The translations under genes and the position numbers were made by a program. A DNA stretch of 64,000 nt, from contig JASGJH010000001.1 in assembly GCA_047601445.1 (NCBI GenBank), forward strand, positions 2,368,001-2,432,000, given 5' to 3'. How positions within the stretch are numbered: the stretch's first letter is position 1; the number at the start of each line of letters is the position of its first letter. Below are positions 52,363-64,000 of this stretch, one piece after another. A model generated the notes under the pieces. That model was not told the origin of the DNA. It did no database searches and worked only from the letters and a program-made list of their open reading frames with translations. The DNA is from Myxococcales bacterium (lineage in GTDB: Bacteria; Myxococcota_A; Polyangia; Polyangiales; DASUME01).

Positions 52363-52551
52363 CAAGCAACGGGCGGCGGGACCACGACGGCCGTTCTGTC
52401 AGGGTTACAACGCTACAGCGGAACGGTGGCTCCAGAACCGCTCGGAGTCCCTCTTTTGCAGCGTTGCTCACATCGTATCGAGCGCGCTCAATCAGCTGAT
52501 CCAAGCGTGCCGGGTGATGCTAGCGTTGTCGTGCTTCTCGCCTGCTTTCCT

Positions 52552-53574
52552 ATGCTGTACTGCCGCCCTCGCCTCCCCAGCTTCGCCGATCGCACGAGCT
52601 TCGCGCTGAGCCTCGGTCTGCTCTTCGCGAGCGCCGGCTGCGGCGACTCCGCGGGACCTGGTCCTAGCCACGCGAACCCAACCGTGGGCAGCCCCTGTCA
52701 GGCCAAGAGCGACGAATGCGGGCCCGATCGGGTGTGCGCCGAGGAGCTTACGGGCGGGGCCGCCTACTCCATCCTGTCCGATCCCCTGCCTGCCCCCGAG
52801 GGCTACTGCTCGGCCACCTGCTCCTCAAACGCCGATTGCGGCGAGCGCGGGGTGTGCTTTGGGCGTGGGCTACTGGGCAGCGGCGGCGAGTGTCGTCGGG
52901 CCTGCAAGAGCGCGGCGGATTGCGGACAAGGGCTGGAGTGCGCCACGGCAGCCGAGCTCGCCAGTCCCCTGCTCCCCGACACCTGTCAGCCCCTGCCAAC
53001 CCCCGACACCCTGGGTCCCAACCAGACTGGCGCGCGCTGCGGCGAGGACGCCGATTGCGGCGATGGCTACTGCAAGCAAGCCAGCGACAAGCGCGGCGGC
53101 TACTGCAGCGGTCTGTGCATCGCCGACGCAAACTGCGGCCAGGGCGGCGTGTGTATCCGCGGCATCTACGGCGCCCGTGGCAGCTGTGAAGAGGCATGCC
53201 AGACCGACGCCGATTGCCAAAACGATCAAATGGGCTGGGGCTGCGGCCCTGACAAGCTCTGCGTCCGCAAGGCCGAGCCGTTGCCCTCCGTCGGAGAGCC
53301 GTGCAGTTCGGCCAGCGAGGAAGACGACTGCGGAAGCGGCTCCTGCCGTACCCAGGGCCTGTCAGGCGAGACCTATCCCGGCGGTTACTGCATCGGCAGT
53401 TGCAACGACGACAACGACTGTGGCGCGCTCGGGGTGTGCATCAATGAGCTCACCTGCCTGCGTTCCTGCCAGGACGACACCGACTGCCGCCCGGAATACA
53501 AGTGCCAGGTGCATCCGCAGGCCACCGGAGACAGCCGCGACGACCTCATCTGCTTCCCGCGGCCCAAGCACTGA
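52552..53574 (+). CDS. Cys-rich tandem-repeat lipoprotein
   Basis: Lipobox SAGC; three units G..C...C....C...G.YC...C....DCG..GVC....C...C....DC. Confidence 0.8.
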   Translation: MLYCRPRLPSFADRTSFALSLGLLFASAGCGDSAGPGPSHANPTVGSPCQAKSDECGPDRVCAEELTGGAAYSILSDPLPAPEGYCSATCSSNADCGERGVCFGRGLLGSGGECRRACKSAADCGQGLECATAAELASPLLPDTCQPLPTPDTLGPNQTGARCGEDADCGDGYCKQASDKRGGYCSGLCIADANCGQGGVCIRGIYGARGSCEEACQTDADCQNDQMGWGCGPDKLCVRKAEPLPSVGEPCSSASEEDDCGSGSCRTQGLSGETYPGGYCIGSCNDDNDCGALGVCINELTCLRSCQDDTDCRPEYKCQVHPQATGDSRDDLICFPRPKH

Positions 53575-53584
53575 CCCACGCGGT

Positions 53585-54970
53585 TCAGGGCCCAGGCCCG
53601 CGCGTGATCCAGGGCTTGTCCGCGAACCCATCTTCGGCTTGGGTGAGATCGAAGGCGGGATCGATCAGACGTGCCGGGGCGCGTCCGTTGAGCACCGCGA
53701 GAGCGTCGGCGAACACGGCTACATCGTGCCCCTCAGCGCGCTCGCGAGCGGCCAAGTAGTGCGCGAACGCCAGGATCAGATCGGGCTGGGTCGCCATGGC
53801 CTTGGTCTGCGATTGACTCAGGTAACGGCGCGGAAAGACCACGCGCCGCTTGCCCGTATCGCGATCCACGAGCACGAACTCGGTGCTGCCCGTCTTCTCG
53901 ATCACCATCACGTGCCAGGCGAAGCGATAGCCCTGCTCGGTCCACAGCAGGTTTCCTGAGTACGCGAAGTGCCGCAGCGGAAGCACGAGTTGGAGCGCCA
54001 TGTAGCAGCCCATGACGAGCCGCTCGATGGCGCTGAGGGAGCGTCCTGACGATCTGACTTCGAGCGCACCGAACCAGCGCGCCGGCAAGAACCTCCGGGG
54101 CCAATCGGGCGGGAAGAACAGCAGCGCGTTGACCACCATCAAATAGGGGAAGATGCCGATCTCGAACAAGCGCGCAGTGAGCCCGTGAAAGAACGTCAGC
54201 ACCAAGAAGGCCGGGACGCGCGCGCGACGCCACGAAAGCCAGAAGGGGATGCTCAGATCGAACAGGGCCCCGAGCCAGCTCATCAGCACCGCGAACCAGG
54301 GCTGCACGAACAAAGCGCCGAGCAGCGGAAGGTCCGCATTGGCCGCGAGCCAGGTGCGGAGCGGCTGACCCAGGACGAGCCAGTCGGACTGCAGCTTGGC
54401 TACGCCGGCGAAGAAGTAGACGAGGCCGACCTGAAAGCGCAGTAGGTGCAGCCACCAGGCCGGGATGCACGCGGGGCGCGGCTTGCGCCAGGCATCGATG
54501 GAGAGCGCATTCGCAGCGGGCGCGAAAGCGAGCAGCAGGGTCAGCAGACTGACCAGATAGTAGTGATTGAGATAGTAAGTGGCGTCGAGGAGATGGACGT
54601 AGCTGAAGAGCGCGCAGAACAACGCGCATGCGAGTCGCGTGAAGCAGCCGAAGCAAATCGCCAGAGCCAGTACACCGAGTGCCGCGAAGATCGCGTAGGC
54701 CCAGGGGCCGGGCGCAGGCAACCAGGTGAACCCGAAGTACGGCAAGAACAACCGGGGCTCGACGTAGTGGGCCCCCACGAGGCCCTTGCTCGCGAAGCGC
54801 ACGATGCCCCCGAACAACAGCACCCCGAACAGGATGCGATAGACGGCCAGGCTCGCCGCGTCGACGGGGGATGGCGAAACGAAGCGAGCGACCAAGCGCG
54901 AGACCCAGCCCGCGCTCTCCGAGCCAGCGCCGCCAGCATTGCGAGCGGTTCCGAGCTCCCCTTCGCCCAT
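53585..54970 (-). CDS. HTTM-domain / vitamin K-dependent gamma-carboxylase-like membrane protein
   Basis: ASLAVYRILFG, YLNHYYL, YFFAGVAKLQSDW, WTEQGYRFAWHVM, QPDLILAFAHYL. Confidence 0.88.
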   Translation of the reverse strand: MGEGELGTARNAGGAGSESAGWVSRLVARFVSPSPVDAASLAVYRILFGVLLFGGIVRFASKGLVGAHYVEPRLFLPYFGFTWLPAPGPWAYAIFAALGVLALAICFGCFTRLACALFCALFSYVHLLDATYYLNHYYLVSLLTLLLAFAPAANALSIDAWRKPRPACIPAWWLHLLRFQVGLVYFFAGVAKLQSDWLVLGQPLRTWLAANADLPLLGALFVQPWFAVLMSWLGALFDLSIPFWLSWRRARVPAFLVLTFFHGLTARLFEIGIFPYLMVVNALLFFPPDWPRRFLPARWFGALEVRSSGRSLSAIERLVMGCYMALQLVLPLRHFAYSGNLLWTEQGYRFAWHVMVIEKTGSTEFVLVDRDTGKRRVVFPRRYLSQSQTKAMATQPDLILAFAHYLAARERAEGHDVAVFADALAVLNGRAPARLIDPAFDLTQAEDGFADKPWITRGPGP

Positions 54971-56115
54971 CAGTCCGAGTCGCTGTAGCCGAAGCCGATG
55001 CTGGCCCCGAGCGCGCCAGCGACCTCCATCACCAGCGTGCTCTTGACGTCGCGCGTCTTCTGATAGGCGTTTTGGATCGGCGTGACATCACCCACCAGGG
55101 TGGTGCGGAACGGCGGCGGGATCGTGTCGACCGCGGCGATGGCAGCATCGAGTGCGGCCAAGAAGCGCGTGTCGGCGTCGGGATTGCTGGCGCGCACGGC
55201 CTCCGAAAGAGAGTGCCCACTGCCCTGCCCGTACTGGCAGGTGTAGATCGCCTTGAGCCCGACGAGGTTGTCGTGGAGCGCGGCGTTGGTGCCGTCGCTA
55301 CGCGGAGCCTCTTCGAACTCGGGGTGGATGGCGCCATTGCTGTCGATGCCGAGCGGCTTGGCGAACTTGTTCATCACCATCAGCTCGGCCAGATACAGCA
55401 TGCCCGTGAGGATCTCGTCGATGCCGTCGCGCTGACGCTCGAACGCGCCATTGCCGAGGCCGGCCTCGCCGAGATCGTGGGCATAGCCCGCGTCCGGCGA
55501 GCCCCAGGCCGCGCGCAGCTTGCCGCACTTGTCCGCGAGATCCTGGGCTTGGCTGTGGAGCAGCGCCAAGCGCCGCACACCGAGCGTCTCCTCGGTCAGG
55601 CGCGCGAGCACGGCGTCGTTGCCCTGGGCGCTGTCGAACAGCGAGTACTCGATGCCCGGGAAGCCGCGCATGTTGGCGCCCACCTTGGTGACCGCATCCA
55701 AGTCCACGGCTCCGCTACCGGTCACCAGCATCTCGATGCGGTCGTTGGCTGCGGGCCAGCTGTCGATGGTCTCGCCCGTGACCGAGATGTCCTGGCTCGG
55801 GCCGATGTAGAAGGCTTGGCTCTGATGCCAGGTCCCGCGCGCCGTGCGGAAAGCCGCCTGCGCCGCGCCCAGTGTATCGAGCGAGGGCGTGGCCTCCAAG
55901 GCAGTCACGGCCGCGACCAGCACGCTGGTTTGCGCCTGCAGGTCGTCGAGCACCTTGAGCATCACCACCGAAACCGTTTCGCGCAGGACCTCCTGACGCA
56001 CGGTGTCGGGCTTGTCCGGCTCGACCGCACACGCCTGGAACAGCGCAGCGGCGCCGCCGCCTACCACCGGGAACAGGCCAACCACCAACAACAAGTCGCG
56101 ACGTGACAGCTTCAT
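54970..56115 (-). CDS. Imelysin-family (Peptidase_M75-like) Tat lipoprotein
   Basis: SRRDLL twin-Arg motif plus LFQAC lipobox; IDSWP; RGFPGIEY; C-terminal GF..SD.D. Confidence 0.8.
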   Translation of the reverse strand: MKLSRRDLLLVVGLFPVVGGGAAALFQACAVEPDKPDTVRQEVLRETVSVVMLKVLDDLQAQTSVLVAAVTALEATPSLDTLGAAQAAFRTARGTWHQSQAFYIGPSQDISVTGETIDSWPAANDRIEMLVTGSGAVDLDAVTKVGANMRGFPGIEYSLFDSAQGNDAVLARLTEETLGVRRLALLHSQAQDLADKCGKLRAAWGSPDAGYAHDLGEAGLGNGAFERQRDGIDEILTGMLYLAELMVMNKFAKPLGIDSNGAIHPEFEEAPRSDGTNAALHDNLVGLKAIYTCQYGQGSGHSLSEAVRASNPDADTRFLAALDAAIAAVDTIPPPFRTTLVGDVTPIQNAYQKTRDVKSTLVMEVAGALGASIGFGYSDSD

Positions 56116-56161
56116 GATTCCCAGATCCGTCGAAGCGGGCGGGGCCGCCTGCGAGCAAAAT

Positions 56162-57559
56162 TCACAGCGAGCCCAGGAATGCGAGCAGCGCTGCGCGCTC
56201 TTCCTTGGACAGTTTCAAGACCTCATCGCGCGCCGCCTGGGCTTCGCCACCATGCCAGAGCACGGCCTCCATGAGCCCGCGTGCGCGCCCGTCGTGCAGG
56301 AAGTATTCGTGGTGGTTGACCACCTTGACCAGTCCGATGCCCCACAGTGGCGAGGTGCGCCACTCGCTGCCAGTGGCCTCGAAGTCCGGACGGTGATCCG
56401 CCAAGCCCTCGCCCATGTCGTGCAGCAGGAGATCCGTGTAGGGGCGAATCGTGTGATTCTCGAGTTCGGGGAAACCCGCCAAGGGCCCGGTCTTCATCAT
56501 GCTCACGTGGCAGCCGGCGCAGCCTAGGTCGTTGAAGATCTGCTTGCCGTGCAACACCTCGGGCTTCTGCCAGTCGCGCCGCGCAGGCACCGCCAGCGTG
56601 TGCATGTAGTGAACCACGCTGGACAGCGCGGAATCCGAGACCTCCGGTTGTCCATCCTCTTCGCCGGTCGGCTGCTCCAGACAGAGGGTCTCTGCGGGCG
56701 TGCACTCCTGGCCATGAAACATGCTCGAGCTGATCCCCATGTCGCCGTTGAAGGCTCCCGCGGACTGCTGTTCCAGCGAGGGCTGATTGGCCTTCCAACC
56801 GAAGCGCCCGACGGTCGGCATGCTCGCGCGCACGTTCCACACGTGGTTGATGCGGCCCGAGATTCCGTCGCCATCCTGATCGTCGGGATCCGCGAAGCCC
56901 TCGAGCGTGCTGTCGGGCACCGCCGCGAGCAGGCCCAGTCCGAACACCGCCTGAGCCACGCGCGGCGAGAGCATGACGTCGCCCGCCATGGGGCCATAGG
57001 CCAGCTGCTCCACGGTGTACGTAGGCTTGCGCAGGCTGAAGGGTTCGCCGTCGGCGAAGCTGCCAGGAACCTCTTCGTATTGAATGGTGACCTGGGCCTC
57101 GGGCATCACCTTGAGCACGCCACGATCCTGGATCTGCCCACCGTACGTGGGCTCGGGCATGGGTCCGCCGTGCGCGTCCATGCCAGGCACGCTGATGCGC
57201 ACGAGCATGGAGAGCATCTGCTCGCCGGGCATCTCGGGCGGCCGTCCGCGGCCGTCCTTGAGGTGACAAGCCGAGCAGTTGGTGGCGTTGAAGAAGGGCC
57301 CGAGGCCGTCGAACTGCTTCACCGACGCGGGCGCCGTCACCCAACCGCGGTTGAAGATCGCGTTGCCCAGGAAGAACTCGTCCGCGCTGTCGCCAGTCAA
57401 AAGCGGGAGGTCCTGGCCAAACGCCATGCGCGTGGCATCGAACACCGTGGCGGCACCGCCCGAGTATTGCTCCTCGGGCTCGGCACCTGGCGCACCCTTG
57501 TCATCCCCACACGCCGACAGCAACAACGCGGCGATGATCACGGGCGCGCTACGAATCAC
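56162..57559 (-). CDS. Di-heme oxidoreductase (DHOR/DUF1111-like) lipoprotein
   Basis: Lipobox LSAC; GLGP.FN..CSACH, GRFGWKA, CAGCH, YTDLLLHDMG, WRTSPLWG, LHDGRAR. Confidence 0.9.
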   Translation of the reverse strand: MIRSAPVIIAALLLSACGDDKGAPGAEPEEQYSGGAATVFDATRMAFGQDLPLLTGDSADEFFLGNAIFNRGWVTAPASVKQFDGLGPFFNATNCSACHLKDGRGRPPEMPGEQMLSMLVRISVPGMDAHGGPMPEPTYGGQIQDRGVLKVMPEAQVTIQYEEVPGSFADGEPFSLRKPTYTVEQLAYGPMAGDVMLSPRVAQAVFGLGLLAAVPDSTLEGFADPDDQDGDGISGRINHVWNVRASMPTVGRFGWKANQPSLEQQSAGAFNGDMGISSSMFHGQECTPAETLCLEQPTGEEDGQPEVSDSALSSVVHYMHTLAVPARRDWQKPEVLHGKQIFNDLGCAGCHVSMMKTGPLAGFPELENHTIRPYTDLLLHDMGEGLADHRPDFEATGSEWRTSPLWGIGLVKVVNHHEYFLHDGRARGLMEAVLWHGGEAQAARDEVLKLSKEERAALLAFLGSL

Positions 57560-58777
57560 AGTTCCTCCGACGGCTTCTCGAGCATCACGGAGAGGCCCAG
57601 GGCCACGGCCGCCTTCTCGACATCACTACCCACGACTTTGAGCGCCTTTATGGCATCCAACATCGCGGTGCGCTCGGGTCCACCCTCCGGAGAGGTGATT
57701 ACAACGTCGATGGGCTTGCCCGTGTTTTGTAGGTCCACCAACGCCTGGAGCTTTTCGACGGAGGTTTCAATGTCGGCAGTCATCTGTGCGGCCAGGCTCG
57801 GATCGACGGCTTTCACCACCTCATCGAGACCCACGCCATCCATGCTCCCGTAGCGGCCGAGCCAGAGGTTCTGAATGCCCACGCCGTCCCCATGCAAATC
57901 CGACGCGGTGGTGTCGGAGAAACAAGAGTGCTCGTCCTCCTGGCTGCGGTTCTTGTAAGCGACGGTCATGCGCTCGCCCGAGAGTTCCGCGTTGGCCATG
58001 GATCCGAGCGACACCAGGAAGTCGGAGATGGCGGTCTTCCGGGCCTCCGGGCTGCCCACGCCGAAGCTCGCCTGGTAGTTGTCGCTCTTGCTGGGATCCC
58101 ACTGGGCGGCGACCTCCTGCAAGTCGGAGAGCAGCAAGTCCGTGACGATGCTCAGGTATTGCTTGCGACGCGCCTGGTTTTCGGCCGTGCCACCCACCTC
58201 GAGATAGTCGGTGTAGGGGCGCTTGCCCGCGCCCAGCCCGGGCATTTCATCGTCCTGGCCCCAGAGCAGGAACTCGATCGCGTGGTAGCCGGTGGAAATG
58301 GCTTCCTCACCCGCAGCCGTGTTGGCGGCCTTGAGCACTTCGGTGGTCAGCTGAGGCGTGTTGGTGGTGTCGTTGATCAGGCCGGCGGTGGCGTCGTCGC
58401 GCACGTAGTCGATGTAGTTCTCATCGAGCGGCCACGCGTTGATCTCGCCTTCGGGTCCCGTCTCGGAGTTGTCGATGGGGCCCTCGTAAAAGCGAAAGAT
58501 TCTCGCTCGGGCCGTAGGGCAAGCGTGCGGCGATCCAGGCGTCCTTGGCGGCCTGCTGCGTCTCGGCCGACGGCGCAGCCAAGAAGGCGTCGATTGCGAC
58601 TTTCAATTTCTGAGCAGTGGTGACGACGTCGGTGTAGTTCGCGTTGACCAGCTGCTTGTAGTTGGCGATGGCCTGCTCGGCCTGGACTGCGGGAAACTTC
58701 GAGGAATCTTCGCCGTCGCCGCAGGCGGCGAGCAGCGCGAGGGAGGCACAGGAGAGCGTCAGGGTACGAAAATGCAT
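57556..58777 (-). CDS. Imelysin/IrpA-like iron-regulated lipoprotein; +1 frameshift at about 58500
   Basis: Lipobox LAAC; corrected SEIFRFYEGPID..INAWPLDE.YIDY; TGYHAIEFLLWGQD; EDEHSCFSD. Confidence 0.88.
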
Positions 58778-58789
58778 GGCGGTCATTAC

Positions 58790-58811
58790 TGATATCGACA
58801 TTCAGCGTCAA
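58790..58811 (-). promoter_or_regulatory. Imelysin operon promoter with a weak Fur-like box
   Basis: TTGACG (minus strand, 58806-11); TGATATCGACATTCA (58790-804) matches 9 of 14 positions of TGATAATnATTATCA. Confidence 0.3.
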
Positions 58812-58841
58812 GACGATCTGGCGCTCACACTGGTTCCTTGC

Positions 58842-58883
58842 TTGCTCTCATATGAAGACCTTCATATGATGCCCTTCATCTGA
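58842..58883 (+). promoter_or_regulatory. TetR promoter overlapped by two tandem palindromic operators
   Basis: TTGCTC-N17-TATGAT; perfect TCATATGAAG-AC-CTTCATATGA (58848-69) and imperfect copy (58862-83). Confidence 0.75.
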
Positions 58884-59493
58884 TGGCTCCCCCCTCCCAG
58901 CGCACCCTGCACAAGGCTCAGACCCACGCCCGAATCGTGGCGTCGGCCGTGCAACTGGTGCGTCGAGCAGGCTTGGCCGCCGCCAGTGTGCCGCAGGTGA
59001 TGGGCGGAGCCGGCATGACGGTGGGCGGCTTTTATGCGCATTTCCGCTCCAAGCAGGCCATGGACGCGGCCGTTCTCGCGCAGGCCATGCGCGAGGTTCG
59101 CGAGGAATGGCTGCTGGGGCTGGACCGCACGCCAGGCCTCGATTTCCTGGCGCGCGCGGTGAAGCGCTATCTCTCGCCCCGGCATCGCGACAACATCGAG
59201 ACCGGCTGCGTTTTGCCGTCCACCATGTCGGAGCTCACGCGCGCCGACCGCGTCACACGCTCCGCCATGGCCGAGGGTGTGGAAGAAGTGGTGCGCATGC
59301 TGGCGGAGCACGCGCCGGAGCACGAAAACGCGACTCCCCGCGAGCGCGCCCTGGCAGCCCTCGCCCTGTGCATCGGTGGACTCACCATGGCCCGCGCGCT
59401 GCGCGGCACGCCGTTAAGTGACGAACTGCTGAAGGCCTGCGTGAAGTGGGCCCTGCCCGAACCGAGTGCCCAACCCAGCAGAAAGAGCCCACC

Positions 59494-59497
<4 letters not shown>
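58883..59497 (+). CDS. TetR/AcrR-family regulator
   Basis: HTH ..SV..VM..AGMTVGGFYAHF.SK. Confidence 0.92.
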
Positions 59498-62324
<2,827 letters not shown>

Positions 62325-62392
62325 TCGGCAGAGGTCCCTGTTCGTCGCACGGGCTCGCGCTCGTGAACACGCCCACGAACACGAACATGGCC

Positions 62393-63184
62393 TCACGTTC
62401 TACGATACTTCTCGTAGAGCTCGTCTCGCCACGCGATCAGGTCGGCGTAGCGCGGGCCAAACACGGGATCGCGGAAGGTCTCGCGGGTTTCGGTGCCGAT
62501 GCGCAAGCCCAGCTTGGGTGGCTCGATAAAGGCCAATATCTGCGCCATGGTGATGTCTGCGTAGCTGAAGTGCTCCAAGAGGGTCTTTGGCTCCGCCTGC
62601 GCCGTGCTGCGCTTCAGGTCTGCGCGCAGCGCATCGAGTGCCTCGCCGAGCACACGCTCGTGGGCCGATTCGCTCACGCGGTCGGCCTCGTACTTGCGCA
62701 GGGTGCGCCGGATGGCCATGGCTGCCAAGCGTGGCGCCAGCTTGCCGAGACCCGCGCGCAGCACCGGAGGCACGAGCTCGGCAAGGGCGCTGTCCTTCTC
62801 CAGCAGACGCTGCAGCGCCCGTGCCCGCCCCGCTGACAGACCGGCTTCACTCAGCGCGTCGTAGCGCGCGATGTCGCGCTCCCTGCCCGCCGGAAAGAGC
62901 TCGATGCGGCTGCCCTGGGCCCGCGCGTGCGCCCCGGCGTAACGCGCGATGTCGAGGGACTCCGCGATGGCCCCCGAAGCCGTCCTGAGCACGGGCACGC
63001 TGACCCGCCCGCGGGGACGCTTCACGAGCGCGCGCAGCCCGAGTTCGCCGATGAGCGGCTGATAGATTCGCTTGCGATAGGGAACGCCGAGCACATCGAG
63101 GGCCCAGCGCGCCTTTTCGGACCAGGGCGAGTAAGGCAAGTACCAGAGCTCGGTTTCGGTGCGATCCGCTTGCTGCTTGGACAA
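62393..63184 (-). CDS. Glutathione S-transferase-like protein
   Basis: YSPWSEKARWAL, SVPVL, ESLDIA, FSYADI. Confidence 0.85.
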   Translation of the reverse strand: MSKQQADRTETELWYLPYSPWSEKARWALDVLGVPYRKRIYQPLIGELGLRALVKRPRGRVSVPVLRTASGAIAESLDIARYAGAHARAQGSRIELFPAGRERDIARYDALSEAGLSAGRARALQRLLEKDSALAELVPPVLRAGLGKLAPRLAAMAIRRTLRKYEADRVSESAHERVLGEALDALRADLKRSTAQAEPKTLLEHFSYADITMAQILAFIEPPKLGLRIGTETRETFRDPVFGPRYADLIAWRDELYEKYRRT

Positions 63185-63214
63185 GGTGGATGTCCTTCCG
63201 TCCCCGCCGCTCGA

Positions 63215-63709
63215 CTACCTCGAAGCCAGTCGACGCTCCACGTCTTCGAGCAGGCGTTGGATCTGTTGGTTACCAGCGTCCTTCTGCAGCGCGAGCTTCA
63301 GGTTGACCTTCGCGTTGCCGAAGTCTCCAGCTTTGTACAACTGCTCGGCCTTCACGGCGAACGGTCGCGCCAGGGGACTCTTCACCTTGATCGGCCACTG
63401 CCCAACCTCGGGGGTCTCCTGCGGTGTCGGCGCCGTGGCGTCGAAGCGCAAGCGGCCCTCCGCCAGGCCCGCGTCGTAGAGCTTGCGTCGGGGCAGGTCG
63501 GTCAGGACCTTGTAGGCCTCCGCGCCACGCCGATAGATCTGCGCCGCGCGCTCGACCTTGGCGGGCTCCGCGCCCGCGCCCGCGAAGCGGTCGGGGTGAT
63601 ACTTGGCCGCAAAACGGTGAAACGCCCGCCGGACGTCTTCCGGGCTCGCGTCCTCTGCCACCTGGAGCAGCGTGTAGTAGTCGAGTGCCTGGAGCGGGTC
63701 GTCGCTCAT
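63215..63709 (-). CDS. J-domain protein with short C-terminal TPR-like helix pair
   Basis: DYYTLL, YHPDR, EAYKVL.D..RK.YD. Confidence 0.9.
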   Translation of the reverse strand: MSDDPLQALDYYTLLQVAEDASPEDVRRAFHRFAAKYHPDRFAGAGAEPAKVERAAQIYRRGAEAYKVLTDLPRRKLYDAGLAEGRLRFDATAPTPQETPEVGQWPIKVKSPLARPFAVKAEQLYKAGDFGNAKVNLKLALQKDAGNQQIQRLLEDVERRLASR

Positions 63710-64000
63710 GGCTCGCGCACGCTCGTCACGAGGGCCTGCTGACGCTGGCGCATGCGCTCTACCTCGGCATCGTCGTCGAGCGCGCCCACCAAGTTGACGC
63801 GGATCATCTGCAGCACGCCCGTCTGCATGTCCTTGGCGCGAACCTTGAGTGTTCCGTCCGCGTCCATGATGAACGTGACCTCGATGCGCGTCCTGCCGCG
63901 CGGCTGCGGGTTCAGCCCGCTGAGCTCGACCACGCCGAGCTCCTGGTTTTCGTTCAGTTTGCGCGATTCGCCCTGGCAAACACGCGCTCGCACGCTGTCC
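63706..64000 (-). CDS. Hsp70-family protein, C-terminal part (starts beyond window)
   Basis: VCQGES....N..LG...L.GL.P.PRG...IEVTF..DADG.L.V.AKD..TG. Confidence 0.88.
   Translation of the reverse strand, partial: DSVRARVCQGESRKLNENQELGVVELSGLNPQPRGRTRIEVTFIMDADGTLKVRAKDMQTGVLQMIRVNLVGALDDDAEVERMRQRQQALVTSVREP

Noticed and set aside
62340..62390. GAACAC/CACGAA micro-repeats between fadH and the GST-like gene
   Set aside because: Too short and single-copy in the window to call a REP element

Overview
High-GC bacterial chromosomal segment. Gene content suggests Myxococcota, probably Polyangia (inference from Cys-rich and Gly/Asp-rich lipoproteins, an FHA protein, a kinase-like membrane protein, a short Hsp70 with a J-protein, and pilT-pilC-pilS). 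About 57 CDS, mostly housekeeping: efp-epmA, icd, mazG, holB-metG, a stand-alone rplC, rlmE, glnD, purMN, pilTC, trpGC, manC-pmm, hisBHAF, fadH. I found no tRNA, rRNA, CRISPR array or mobile element. Best candidate systems: (1) an imelysin / di-heme cytochrome / Tat-imelysin / HTTM (vitamin K-dependent carboxylase-like) operon at 53.6-58.8 kb; (2) a CX10CH cytochrome-like lipoprotein / SH3-beta-barrel / DUF4266 / DUF3570 envelope redox operon at 40.6-43.5 kb with no adjacent ApbE or thioredoxin; (3) an EpmA with an N-terminal LysRS-like OB-fold extension; (4) a monocistronic rplC with a perfect palindrome in its promoter. Six genes carry single-base frameshifts. Four of these sit at GAGATC, which suggests methylation-linked sequencing error rather than real pseudogenes. 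All family calls come from motif recognition by eye; no database search was run.
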